64,000 bases of DNA from Candidatus Nomurabacteria bacterium (lineage in GTDB: Bacteria > Patescibacteriota > Minisyncoccia > Phycocordibacterales > Phycocordibacteraceae): the NCBI GenBank assembly GCA_943353835.1, contig CALRBA010000001.1, forward strand, positions 17,497-81,496, given 5' to 3'. The notes beneath the pieces are model-generated. The model was not told the DNA's origin. It saw nothing but the letters and a program-made list of their open reading frames with translations, and searched no databases. Positions 37,354 to 47,545 of this stretch are shown here, in pieces; the first letter of the stretch is position 1, and every line of letters begins with the position of its first letter. A program made the translations under genes and the position numbers.

Positions 37354-39611
37354 AACATTTTGTCTTCAGCTTCGTTTACGTTTCCGCCAAAGGCGGACCC
37401 GCCTACGGCAGGCGCAGTACGCGTTAGCACCTCGCGCGGTTTAGACCCGTCTGCTTGGCCGATGACACCCCTAGCCTCAAGAACGTCCATAAGTCGCGCG
37501 GCTCGCGAATAACCTATTTTTAATTTGCGTTGGAGATAGGAGGTAGAAGCGCGTCCGGCTGCCTCTACAGTCACACGCGCTTCTTCATACAAATCGTCAT
37601 CTATCTCATCGTCCAGGTCGCCGTTCACGAGCCCGATAACATCGTTCGGTTCGGTACTCGTACCGCCGCCTCCGAAGTCTATGCTGGATAGGTCGCCGGC
37701 ATTATGACTCTTTATATAACTCACCACCTTTCTCACTTCGTTCTCGCTGATAAAGGCTGTTTGTATGCGCACTGGCTTACCCATATCGCTTGATAGGTAG
37801 AGCATATCGCCGGCTCCAAGTAGTGTTTCTGCCCCCGACCCGTCAAGAATGGTGCGAGAATCTATCTGCGAAGCTACCTGAAGCGCCATACGCGTCGGCA
37901 CGTTTGCCTTAATGAGTCCCGTGATGACGTTCACCGAGGGGCGCTGTGTGGAGAGTATCAAATGAATTCCGGTCGCCCGTGACATCTGTGCGAGTCGGAC
38001 TATTGAAGCCTCTAGCTCTCGCGGATAGCTGTGCATGATGTCAGCGAGCTCGTCTATGACTATAACGATGAAGGGGAGCGCCTCGGGCATATCTTCACTC
38101 GACTTCGCTCGTGACAAGCCTGCCGCCTTTTTTGCAGGTTCAAATATAGTTGTGTGATATGAGTCAATATCGCGCACATGCTCTGCTTCAAGAATGTTAT
38201 AACGACGTTCCATCTCCTTGGCGGCCCACTTGAGAGAGAATATGGTTTTCTTCGGGTCGGTGATGACCGGCGTGAGTAGATGCGGAATGCCGTTGTAGGC
38301 AGTTAGCTCTACGCGCTTCGGGTCAATCATTATAAAGCGTAGTTGGTTCGGGCCGTTTCGGTAGAGAAGAGAAGTAATGAGTGCGTGTATTGCCACGCTT
38401 TTCCCGGAACCAGTAGCGCCGGCGACAAGCGCGTGAGGCATCTTCGCGATGTTTACATAGTGAGGGGCGCCGGTGATGTCGCGACCGAGTGCGGCTAAGA
38501 GCGGTTTCGTACTCTGCGACCACTCGGGTGTGGAGAGTAAACCGCCGAGTCCGACCATCGCCTTGGTCGTATTCGGCACCTCAATGCCGACGAGCGATTT
38601 CCCAGGGATTGGCGCTTCAATCCTTACCGGGTGTGCGGCGAGCGCGAGCTCCAGATTATTAGCGAGTGAGACAATCTTTGAGAGGCGCACTCCCTCGGCT
38701 GGCTTCACTGCGTAGCGCGTGACTGTGGGGCCGACAGAGACCTCGTCCATCTCCAAGTGAATGCCGAAGTTCTGGAATGTGCGTTTGATAATATTTGCAT
38801 TCGCCTTAATATCGCCGACACCCGGTTTACCGCGGTCAGCGCCGAGGATGGAGAGAGGAGGCGCTTCGTATTCGGCGTCAAAGTTCACTATGCCGGAGCC
38901 CTGTCTGCTCGCCTCGCTGGAGCTATGGCGAAGCGGGCCCGTTGTGCGATTGAAGACGTTTATGACTGGGTCGCTCTCCTGTGTCTCATATATGTCATCA
39001 TTTTCAGATTCATAATTTTCATCCCCAGACTCCGGTACCCCGACAACATCAGTGAATTCTTCTGACAATTCTTCACCATCTCTGCGCGAGCGGATACGTC
39101 CCCAAACGGAGGAGACATTCTCGCTCATAAGCGCCCACAGCATTTCTATGTCGCTTACGATGGCTATGCCTACAGCGATAGTAGCGACAAGTAACACAAA
39201 TGCTCCCCAGAAGCCGAAGAATCCTGTAAGAGCTCCGCCGAGTAAAGTGCCAGCCTTCCCGCCGAAATCTGCACCATGGAATAGACCGGCGAATGCCAGA
39301 ACAGAAGCGAGAATAATAACAATTCCTGAAGCAGTAAGCGGTTCTAGAATAGTACGACGGAATCCCGCATAAACTCCAACTGCTATTAATGCGAATGGCA
39401 GTAGAAATGCTCCTATACCGACTACCGCATAACTCGCTGTGAAAATGGTTGTGCCTACCGGTCCAGCGGCGCCAAATATCGCAAGAGTAAATAAAACGCC
39501 AACTGCCAACAAAACAATAGCAGAGGCATAACGAATTAATGTGTCGTATCCCCTCACGTCTTCATCGCGTACACGCCCTCTCCGTGTACCGTTATCATTT
39601 CTGCGACTCAT
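37350..39611 (-). CDS. ftsK: DNA translocase FtsK
   Basis: 4TM N-terminus, AGATGSGKS, IDELAD, LSTQRPS, gamma domain LQRKLKIGYSRAARL. Confidence 0.98.
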   Translation of the reverse strand: MSRRNDNGTRRGRVRDEDVRGYDTLIRYASAIVLLAVGVLFTLAIFGAAGPVGTTIFTASYAVVGIGAFLLPFALIAVGVYAGFRRTILEPLTASGIVIILASVLAFAGLFHGADFGGKAGTLLGGALTGFFGFWGAFVLLVATIAVGIAIVSDIEMLWALMSENVSSVWGRIRSRRDGEELSEEFTDVVGVPESGDENYESENDDIYETQESDPVINVFNRTTGPLRHSSSEASRQGSGIVNFDAEYEAPPLSILGADRGKPGVGDIKANANIIKRTFQNFGIHLEMDEVSVGPTVTRYAVKPAEGVRLSKIVSLANNLELALAAHPVRIEAPIPGKSLVGIEVPNTTKAMVGLGGLLSTPEWSQSTKPLLAALGRDITGAPHYVNIAKMPHALVAGATGSGKSVAIHALITSLLYRNGPNQLRFIMIDPKRVELTAYNGIPHLLTPVITDPKKTIFSLKWAAKEMERRYNILEAEHVRDIDSYHTTIFEPAKKAAGLSRAKSSEDMPEALPFIVIVIDELADIMHSYPRELEASIVRLAQMSRATGIHLILSTQRPSVNVITGLIKANVPTRMALQVASQIDSRTILDGSGAETLLGAGDMLYLSSDMGKPVRIQTAFISENEVRKVVSYIKSHNAGDLSSIDFGGGGTSTEPNDVIGLVNGDLDDEIDDDLYEEARVTVEAAGRASTSYLQRKLKIGYSRAARLMDVLEARGVIGQADGSKPREVLTRTAPAVGGSAFGGNVNEAEDKMF

Positions 39612-39711
39612 AATATGTATATTGTAGCATCATGCGATACATTCCGAATACGCAACCCACTTAAAACAACTTGCATCCTATTCTATAAGACATATACTTC
39701 TTAAATAGCGT

Positions 39712-40488
39712 ATGCAAAAAAGACAAGATATAGGACAGAATACAGAAATACAACAAATCCAAGCGAAAGGCAGAAGTAGCTATTCAGAAGACTTTGTCCT
39801 AGAAAAAAACATATTTAATAACATATTTGAAAAAGACATACGCAGAGTATTTATCTATAAAAAGGCTGAAAGGCTCGCGAAAGCGATTCATCTTATCACT
39901 CCCGCGTTCGCCGAATCTGTGTCTCTCCGAAACCGTATTGACGCTATTTCTATAGGGCTTGTTGATGCGGCTATACTTCCATCCGGCACGGCCCGTACGG
40001 CTCTCTCACGCGAGCTTCTGGCACTTTCAAGTGTGCTCGGGATCGCGCGAACTGGTGGGCTACTTTCGTCTATGAATGCAGAAATTATCGTTCGTGAAGC
40101 CCGTATTTTACTTCAAGAAGTTGCCGCTTATGAAGAGCCGAGACTTTTTTTAGACGATGCTCCGACACTTTCAGAAATCGCGAAACTTCAAAACTCAAAT
40201 CAAAAGGAACCAAAAAAACAAGCCACTAAACTTATTACACGTGCACATCCCTCCGAAGGCGGAAAAGTGCACATTAAGGACATTAAGGACACAAAGAGTA
40301 TAAAGGACAGAAGTGACGCCGTATTGTCCGTTATAAGGAACAAAGGGGAGGCGAGCATAAAGGACATTTCTACGCTAATTCGCGGAGTATCAGAGAAGAC
40401 TATTCAGCGCGAGCTCTCGGCCCTTATCAGCTCGGGGGTAGTGTTGAAAAGAGGAGAGCGTCGTTGGAGCACTTATTCCCTGCGGTGA
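39712..40488 (+). CDS. Helical-bundle plus C-terminal winged-HTH (DeoR-like) DNA-binding protein
   Basis: SIKDI...VSEKTIQREL...GERRWSTY. Confidence 0.8.
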   Translation: MQKRQDIGQNTEIQQIQAKGRSSYSEDFVLEKNIFNNIFEKDIRRVFIYKKAERLAKAIHLITPAFAESVSLRNRIDAISIGLVDAAILPSGTARTALSRELLALSSVLGIARTGGLLSSMNAEIIVREARILLQEVAAYEEPRLFLDDAPTLSEIAKLQNSNQKEPKKQATKLITRAHPSEGGKVHIKDIKDTKSIKDRSDAVLSVIRNKGEASIKDISTLIRGVSEKTIQRELSALISSGVVLKRGERRWSTYSLR

Positions 40489-40531
40489 GCGAAGTCGAAT
40501 CGTTTGACTTCGTAACCTGTATTTGCTAGAG

Positions 40532-40540
40532 TTATCCACA
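40532..40540 (+). promoter_or_regulatory. Perfect DnaA box
   Basis: TTATCCACA. Confidence 0.55.
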
Positions 40541-40723
40541 TCCTAGTAATAGGAGCCAATTGTTCTTAGTTATATACTATGCAAGTCCTTATGGGGACTT
40601 TTTCAACCCTTGCCAACTAACCCATGGCTCACTGGTCGATACCGTGCGCTGTGGGATAGTGTGAAATTAAAAGTGCTCAATCACCTTACTTATTATGTGC
40701 TTCTTAAATTCTTAACAATTGTT

Positions 40724-43700
40724 ATGCAAATGATAACTACAAAAGCGAATGTGAAAGTTGCGGTAGTAGCAACAGGACTCGCCCTCGCGATGTCAGTACT
40801 CTCGTTCGCGCCTATGGCGCAGGCGGCTCTGACTAGCACGCAAGTCTCGGCTATCGTCGCACTTCTCACTTCGTTCGGTGCTGACGCATCAACTATCGCA
40901 AACGTTCAGGCATCGCTCACGGGCGGTACGCCTTCGGTTCCTTCAACGCCAGCTTCTACAACCTTTACGAGAGACCTAAAGGTCGGCTCGACGGGTGCAG
41001 ATGTAACGGCGCTTCAGAATGCGCTTAAGGCTGGTGGATATATGTCGTCTAGCGCGACGGGCTACTTCGGTGCCCTCACGAAGGCTGGCGTTATGGCGTG
41101 GCAGACGGCGATGAAAGTCACCCCTGCAACCGGCTACTTCGGCGCGAAGTCTCGTGCAGCATTCGGCGGCGCAGTCGCGACGACTCCGGGAGATCCGATA
41201 ACGGGCAACGGCCTTAAGGTCATGCTCGCGACGGACTCTCCGAACAATGTCGCACTCGTAGCAGGTCAGGCGATTGGTGCTCTCGCGAAGTACACCTTCT
41301 CGAACCCGACCGCGACTGAGATCAAGGTTACGAACCTTGCCTTCAAGCGTATCGGTGTCAGCAATGATTCCACACTTGCAAACGTCTACCTCTACAGCAC
41401 GACAAAGCGTCTCACTGATTCGGCAGGCGTGAGCAATTCGGCGTTCAGCTTCAACGACCCGACAGGACTCTTCACGGTACCGGCAGGAACGACCTACACG
41501 GTCTCCGTTCTTGCTGATATCGCGGGTTCTACGTCCGGTCAGCAAGTTGGCGTCCAGCTCACTGCGGTGACATCAACGGGCACGCTTGATTCTTCTGTAT
41601 CGTTCCCAGTCAATGGGTACACGCAGACAGTCTCTGCCGCGACTCTCGCAACCGCTGACTTCAACACAACGACGAATCCGGCGGTTGCTACAGCGGCCGC
41701 ACAGAACGATTACACGGTCTGGAGCAACTCAACCACCATCGGCACGCGAGCGGTGAAGCTTGAGTCATTACAGCTTCGCAATATCGGTTCTGTCGACCGC
41801 GCCGACATCAAGAACTTCCGTCTCTATGTGAAGGGAGTTATGGTGGGCTCGGCGGTTGCTTCTATTGCCTCCGATGACACAATCACCTTCGATCTCTCGG
41901 CAAGTTCGGCTCGCATTGAGACCGGCACAGCTGAAATAAAGGTCGTCGGCGATATCATCTCCGGCTCGGGCAACACCTTCCAGTTCTCACTGCGAAGGGC
42001 ATCTGACGCACGCATTGTCGACACTGACCTGAACCAGCCAATCCTCGCGACGGCAAACGGTTCTACCTTCAGCGCTCGCTCGGCGACGTCCGCTACTGTT
42101 GATTCGGGTACGGTATCGACGGTCAAGGCGAACAGCTCACAGTCCTCAAACGTCGCGCTCGGCGCAATGGGTGTGAGGTGGGCGACCTTCGAGCTCCGCG
42201 CCGCTGGCGAGGATGTGAAGATTGAAAGCCTCGATGTCCAAGCGAACACCACGCTCGACCGCGGTCTCGATAACGGTAAAGTCTTCCTCAACGGCGTGCA
42301 GGTCGGTTCTACCAAGGACCTTACCGACGCTACGGATGTGAACTTCACCTTCGGTTCGTCTATGATCTTGAAGGCGGGTACGACGGCTATTGTTGAAATC
42401 TACGCTGACGCGAAGTCCACGACCGGTGCGACGTTCGTTACGGGTGAAACCGCGGCGATTACGCTCGGCACTGGCGCCTCAAACGCCCAGGGTCAGAAGT
42501 CGCTCACCAGCATCAACACACCGACGGCTGACGTAACGGCAAACACGGTTACCATCTCGTCTTCTACGCTCACGCTGACGAAGTTCTCGGGCTATGGTAA
42601 TCAGACGATGATTGCCGGTACGAACAACGTAAAACTCGGTTCCTTCACGCTCTCAACCGGCGCTACGGAAGGTGTCAATATAAACACTCTTACCGTCGCG
42701 CTTTCTTCAGACGAGTCCGCGACTATCACGGACCTCATTCTGAAGGACGGCAACGCGCAAATCGGCACCACGAAATCCGCGCCGTCTACCAGCAACGCGT
42801 TCTCGGTGAATGTCACTATGGGTACTTCGGTAACGAAGACCATCGACATCTACGGGAACATTAAGTCCGGTAGCAATGTCGGCTCGTGGATTGCGAACAT
42901 CGACGCAACAGCGACTGGTTCAGTAACCGGAAGCACCGTTGATGCAGACGCAGTTGACCTGCAGACCATCACGCTCAGCACTGCGGTGCTCACCGCGGCG
43001 AACAACACGGGTTCCACACCTGATTCTACGAACGTTATCGCGGGCACTGCAGAAGTGAAGGTCGGCTCGTTCCGCTTCACCGCGCAGTACTCGCCGTACA
43101 CGGTTCAGGAAATCAGGGTAAAAATCCCGGCGAATGCCGCAACGAGCGTTACGGCTGTTACCCTCAAGTGGGCAGGCGGTTCTGCTACGCAGGCCCTTAC
43201 CCTCTCGAGCGGTGCACTACAGACCCACGCAACGTCAACCTTCACAGGTCTCTCGTTCGTGGTACCGGAGAACTCCGATGCTGACCTCGATGTCTTCGTC
43301 GGTATTCCGACGGTAGCTTCGGGTGCAAGCTCGGGCTCGGCGATCTCGGCCATTCTTGACTTCAACGAAGGATTCAAGGCGGTTGACTCGTCTGGCACAT
43401 CTGACACATCGCTTTCAGGTGCCGACCTTACTTCGGCGTCAACTGGCAAGGGTACGATGTTTGTAAGAAAGTCTATCGCGACGCTCTCTGCTGTCGCGCT
43501 TGACACCACGAACCTCGCGGCAGGATCCGATCAGGTCCTTGCTCGTGTGAAACTCACTGCTGGCGCATCAGGCGATATCGGCTGGAAGAAGCTCGCCTTC
43601 ACGGTCAACAAGACCGCGGCGATAACGCTTGGCGCTACGACGACTATTGCTCTCTACAACACCGCGAATACCCAGATAACGGGTACAATCGCGACGACGA

Positions 43701-44068
43701 CGGGCAGTCAAACGACGAAAACACAGGCCTTCGGTTCTGAAACCTCCGGCATCCTCGTATTCGAAGCGACCAGCGAACAGCAGATTTCTGCCGGTTCCTC
43801 GGTCACCTACGAACTTCGCGGTACGGTTGGCGGTATAGCCTCAGGTGCTAACTCTGTGAGCGTCTCTATCGCGGCTCCGAACACTTCGGAGACGACGGTT
43901 GCATACGCGACGATTCACACAGCAGTTGGAGACACCGGCGAGTCGTTCGTCTGGTCTGATAGGTCTTCTATCAGCACCGTGCACAGCGAAGCCACGCTTG
44001 ACTGGACTCATGACTACCTGATTAAGACCCTCCCTCTTACGGTGGGTAGCCGGTCAGTCAACTTCTAA
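40724..44068 (+). CDS. Large secreted S-layer-like surface protein with peptidoglycan-binding domain
   Basis: Signal peptide ending AQA, FTRDLKVGSTGADVTALQ...TGYFG PG-binding motif, Thr/Ser/Ala-rich beta-rich body, strong C-ending codon bias. Confidence 0.85.
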   Translation: MQMITTKANVKVAVVATGLALAMSVLSFAPMAQAALTSTQVSAIVALLTSFGADASTIANVQASLTGGTPSVPSTPASTTFTRDLKVGSTGADVTALQNALKAGGYMSSSATGYFGALTKAGVMAWQTAMKVTPATGYFGAKSRAAFGGAVATTPGDPITGNGLKVMLATDSPNNVALVAGQAIGALAKYTFSNPTATEIKVTNLAFKRIGVSNDSTLANVYLYSTTKRLTDSAGVSNSAFSFNDPTGLFTVPAGTTYTVSVLADIAGSTSGQQVGVQLTAVTSTGTLDSSVSFPVNGYTQTVSAATLATADFNTTTNPAVATAAAQNDYTVWSNSTTIGTRAVKLESLQLRNIGSVDRADIKNFRLYVKGVMVGSAVASIASDDTITFDLSASSARIETGTAEIKVVGDIISGSGNTFQFSLRRASDARIVDTDLNQPILATANGSTFSARSATSATVDSGTVSTVKANSSQSSNVALGAMGVRWATFELRAAGEDVKIESLDVQANTTLDRGLDNGKVFLNGVQVGSTKDLTDATDVNFTFGSSMILKAGTTAIVEIYADAKSTTGATFVTGETAAITLGTGASNAQGQKSLTSINTPTADVTANTVTISSSTLTLTKFSGYGNQTMIAGTNNVKLGSFTLSTGATEGVNINTLTVALSSDESATITDLILKDGNAQIGTTKSAPSTSNAFSVNVTMGTSVTKTIDIYGNIKSGSNVGSWIANIDATATGSVTGSTVDADAVDLQTITLSTAVLTAANNTGSTPDSTNVIAGTAEVKVGSFRFTAQYSPYTVQEIRVKIPANAATSVTAVTLKWAGGSATQALTLSSGALQTHATSTFTGLSFVVPENSDADLDVFVGIPTVASGASSGSAISAILDFNEGFKAVDSSGTSDTSLSGADLTSASTGKGTMFVRKSIATLSAVALDTTNLAAGSDQVLARVKLTAGASGDIGWKKLAFTVNKTAAITLGATTTIALYNTANTQITGTIATTTGSQTTKTQAFGSETSGILVFEATSEQQISAGSSVTYELRGTVGGIASGANSVSVSIAAPNTSETTVAYATIHTAVGDTGESFVWSDRSSISTVHSEATLDWTHDYLIKTLPLTVGSRSVNF

Positions 44069-44166
44069 TCTCGCTTACGGTAGCTCTCTCGCGCTTCTAC
44101 GCGCTAGAAACTCTAGCTAGGACATTGGCACCCCTACGGGTACGATGTAACATCGCCTAGCAAAAC

Positions 44167-44196
44167 AAAAAACACCTCAATAAGAGGTGTTTTTTG
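44167..44196 (+). terminator. Intrinsic terminator
   Basis: AAAAAACACCTC-AATAA-GAGGTGTTTTTT. Confidence 0.85.
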
Positions 44197-44205
44197 TTAT
44201 CCACA
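44197..44205 (+). promoter_or_regulatory. Perfect DnaA box
   Basis: TTATCCACA. Confidence 0.55.
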
Positions 44206-44298
44206 GGTCTTTGTTTAGGTCTGACCTTCACAACAACCTACTGCTGGGGCGATTTTGTGTTTTCTCATTAATGTTCCGTTATGATATGCTCCAATCAT

Positions 44299-44997
44299 AT
44301 GCGCAAAACACAGATGTTCGTCATTGGCGGTGTCCTGATTATCCTCATCATCGGAGCCGTGCAGTTCTTATACCCGCGTTCTGCCGTTTCTCCAACTACA
44401 TCCACCGCGACATCTACTACTGAACAAAACGTCAGCACCACGACAATTCCTGTTACTTCTGTAACAAATGTGAAAATTACACAGAAAAGTCCGACGGCGT
44501 ATTCTATTTCACTATCAGAAGGAGATACTGTCGTCTCGTGGGACTTCAAAGGCGCGTACACTGGTAATCCGGAGCTCGTGACGAAAGCGCAGGATGAAAT
44601 TAAGCGTTTGTCTGGACTTTTAGCTACCGCTACCTCCTCTAAAATGATTCTCTCGGTTAGTGTAGCGAACCAGTATGAGCTTCTCGGCGACGGGAAAAAT
44701 CAATATGACTATCTAAAGCGCGCGATACAGGCGAATACTGAAAACGGACTGCCGTGGCACAATCTCGGTGTCTTGATGGAGCGACTAGGCGCTTTTAATA
44801 CTGCGCGCGTCGCATATGAAAAATCAACACATCTTCAGCCGCAATTCCAGTTCTATCATTTTGCGTATCTTGAATTCCTCACATCACGAATGAAAGACGA
44901 CACGGCCGTTATTGAAAATGCGTTTGCATTTGCAGAAGAAAACATAGGCAAGACTCCCTATCTCTCCGAGCTTCGCACAGAGTGGATGAAGCCATGA
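44299..44997 (+). CDS. Membrane-anchored TPR protein
   Basis: TM, Thr-rich linker, WHNLGVLMERLG...AYEK TPR pattern. Confidence 0.8.
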   Translation: MRKTQMFVIGGVLIILIIGAVQFLYPRSAVSPTTSTATSTTEQNVSTTTIPVTSVTNVKITQKSPTAYSISLSEGDTVVSWDFKGAYTGNPELVTKAQDEIKRLSGLLATATSSKMILSVSVANQYELLGDGKNQYDYLKRAIQANTENGLPWHNLGVLMERLGAFNTARVAYEKSTHLQPQFQFYHFAYLEFLTSRMKDDTAVIENAFAFAEENIGKTPYLSELRTEWMKP

Positions 44998-47231
44998 CCG
45001 ACCGGCTCGCCAGAATATTTCCGTATCTTCTTATCGCGTCAGCGATCCTACCACTCGTCTATGTAAGCGGTCTGGTGTATCCGTATGTCGCGCCAAAGAC
45101 GTTTCTTCTTCAGAGTATCGGTATTATCGCGCTCGCAATATTTGCATATTTGGCTCTTTCAGGACGACCATTCTTTTATGGACGTTTGCAAAATTGGTTC
45201 AGTTGGATTCCTCTTGCACTTCTAACAGTTGCGTATGTGTCGTCCGTTTTCGGCGTTGATTTCTATCGCAGTTTCTGGGGCCTTTTTGACCGCGGAGACA
45301 GCCTTCTGACATCCACGGTCATCACCATATTCTTCTACCTCATTCTTATTTCTGCCGACCGTCAATTATTAGAACGTCTCGTGAAAACAATCGCCGTAGT
45401 CGCCGGAATAGTTGCCGGCATTGCCGTTCTCCAATGGTTTACAACAACACTTGGAGGAAAAGCACTTTTCTTGCCACCGGTTACGGGGCGTATCGGCAGT
45501 ACACTCGGCAACGCTGCATTCCTCGCCGGATACCTCAGTATGTCTCTTTTCATAATCCTTCTCGTACTCCGAGATGCTGTAGGTGTATGGCGTAACGTTT
45601 TTAAAATAGCGGCAGTCCTCTCTGTTCTGGCGATACTCTTCGCCGCGACGCGCGGGACAATCCTCGCTCTTATAGTCACCGGTATCGTCGCACTCGCGTA
45701 TGTTGCTCGGAGTGGAGAAGAAAAAGTTAGGCGAGGCGCGCGATACGGGCTTCTGGCGCTCGCCGTGTTCGCAGGCATCTTTTTTGTATTTCGGGCCGAG
45801 CTCGCACAGGTTCAATTTGAGCCCGTTAGCCGTATTGCCTCCATTTCGATTTCTGACGGGACGGTCGCGAGCCGTCTCTTCGTCTGGCAGAATGTAGGTA
45901 CAGAAGCACTTCAACGTCCGTGGCAGGGTTACGGTGCCGAGCATATCGCACATCTTTTTAATAAAATCTACGACCCAAGCAATATCGTGGAGCAGTGGTT
46001 TGACCGTTCGCATAATGCTTTCTTGGATTATTTCGTACAGTACGGAATATTCGGTCTTGGACTGTATCTGGCGCTCATCGGCGCATTTGCAGTTTCTGCT
46101 TGGCGACTATACCGTAACGAGGCGCCAAGCATTCTGAATTACGGATTCCTTTTTCTTCTTTTTATAACGACATATTCTGTTCAGAACTTTTTCGTCTTTG
46201 ATACACCGCATTCACTCTGGCTCTTATATGCAATGTTCGCCTCACTGCTCGTATTACTGGACGATTCTGCTGAATCTGCACTTCAAATACGCACACCGCT
46301 GTTCGTTTCTGTTTCTGCGAGTGTCGTAATACTCCTAGCCGTCATTCCGACTATTGTGTTTCCTCTTTATTCAAATATTCTACTTACGAAAGGATATCTA
46401 CTCCATCTCGTTGATGTAAAAAAAGCGAATGCATATTTTGAACGCGGACTCGCTGTCAACACATATGCAGACTTGGAATACGGGTATCAGGCATACGATA
46501 TGTACACGGCGCATCAGGCTGTACAGCTTAAAGGCGACGACCTCGTTTCTGCATACCAGTATGCATTGTCATTGTTGACTGCGAATTTCAAGAAATATCC
46601 GTATGATGCGCGAACTGCCACCTATCTCGGGCACGTTATGGACACGGCCCCGCCGAAGATTAAAATTGATGACGCGTTTGATAGAGAAGTGCTCGCGCGG
46701 GCGATAGAACTCTCGCCTCTGCGCGCGCAGGCTTGGTATATGACGGCGAACATTTCGCTCCGAAAGGCAGATGTGCTTCCTGTGGGTTCAAAAGAAAGAG
46801 AATCGTACTATCGTGAGGCCGTTAGGGTTCTGGAAACATATTCAGAAAAAGAACCCACACTTCCTGTACCTAAATATATACTCGCGACTCTGTATTACGC
46901 ACTCGGGGATAAAGTGACAGCGAAGAAGTGGGCAGATGAAGCGTTACCGCTATACACGGAAATTGATATCGCGGCCGCGAGACCGGCAGTTAAGTATTAT
47001 ATAGCGATAGGTGACTGGCGCAGTGCGGTGCGTTTCTTAGCGGACTTGGTTGAAGATAATCCGTCTGATTATGATGTATTATATGACTTAGCGAAGGTGA
47101 CATATCTCGCGGGAGACCCGACCGTCGCACTCCGGATTGTGGAGAAACTTCGAAAAGAAAATCCGGCATTGCTCGAGACCGACCAGAATTTCCTTAATGC
47201 CATTACCGCCTATGAACAATCAAAAAAATAA
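44994..47231 (+). CDS. O-antigen ligase/O-oligosaccharyltransferase family protein with C-terminal TPRs
   Basis: STLGNAAFLAGY, TRGT, RLFVW, PWQGYG, DRSHNAFLD Wzy_C motifs. Confidence 0.9.
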   Translation: MTDRLARIFPYLLIASAILPLVYVSGLVYPYVAPKTFLLQSIGIIALAIFAYLALSGRPFFYGRLQNWFSWIPLALLTVAYVSSVFGVDFYRSFWGLFDRGDSLLTSTVITIFFYLILISADRQLLERLVKTIAVVAGIVAGIAVLQWFTTTLGGKALFLPPVTGRIGSTLGNAAFLAGYLSMSLFIILLVLRDAVGVWRNVFKIAAVLSVLAILFAATRGTILALIVTGIVALAYVARSGEEKVRRGARYGLLALAVFAGIFFVFRAELAQVQFEPVSRIASISISDGTVASRLFVWQNVGTEALQRPWQGYGAEHIAHLFNKIYDPSNIVEQWFDRSHNAFLDYFVQYGIFGLGLYLALIGAFAVSAWRLYRNEAPSILNYGFLFLLFITTYSVQNFFVFDTPHSLWLLYAMFASLLVLLDDSAESALQIRTPLFVSVSASVVILLAVIPTIVFPLYSNILLTKGYLLHLVDVKKANAYFERGLAVNTYADLEYGYQAYDMYTAHQAVQLKGDDLVSAYQYALSLLTANFKKYPYDARTATYLGHVMDTAPPKIKIDDAFDREVLARAIELSPLRAQAWYMTANISLRKADVLPVGSKERESYYREAVRVLETYSEKEPTLPVPKYILATLYYALGDKVTAKKWADEALPLYTEIDIAAARPAVKYYIAIGDWRSAVRFLADLVEDNPSDYDVLYDLAKVTYLAGDPTVALRIVEKLRKENPALLETDQNFLNAITAYEQSKK

Positions 47232-47376
47232 CAATTCGCGCCTGCCTGACAGTCGGCAGGATACTGAGAGGCGGATACTTCCGTTTTTTATTGAGTTCGT
47301 GAAGTTCACCACCGGCTTCGCCGTTATCGTGGCGGCCGCGCTCCTCATGCTGAACGTCGCCACCGCTACTATGTGA
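47212..47376 (+). CDS. Small membrane protein (54 aa)
   Basis: MNNQK...FFIEFVKFTTGFAVIVAAALL; contains a palindromic insert. Confidence 0.55.
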   Translation: MNNQKNNNSRLPDSRQDTERRILPFFIEFVKFTTGFAVIVAAALLMLNVATATM

Positions 47377-47400
47377 TGCCCCATCAAGCTATCGAGTAAA

Positions 47401-47429
47401 TTGATAATTTTGTGTGATTCTGATAGAGT
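47401..47429 (+). promoter_or_regulatory. Promoter of rplJL
   Basis: TTGATA-N17-TAGAGT. Confidence 0.65.
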
Positions 47430-47439
47430 AGTCACTGTA

Positions 47440-47522
47440 CGAACCGAAGACCGTAGGCGTTTATAAGTCCTACGCAGGGAGACCTCTCGAATTCCTCGAG
47501 GTAAACCAGGTCGACTCTCCTT
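47440..47522 (+). promoter_or_regulatory. L10 leader RNA
   Basis: CCGAAGACCGTAGG...CCTACGCAGG motif upstream of rplJ. Confidence 0.85.
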
Positions 47523-47545
47523 TATTTCGTTCGTGCAGAAAACAT

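Noticed and set aside
40610-40723. Longer start for the surface protein
   Set aside because: The signal peptide begins after 40724; upstream sequence looks like promoter and 5' UTR.
40976-43509. Long antisense ORFs over the surface protein gene and other genes
   Set aside because: Expected shadows of biased codon usage; no independent signals.
40489-44298. Replication origin
   Set aside because: Only two isolated DnaA boxes 3.7 kb apart; no cluster and no dnaA/dnaN.
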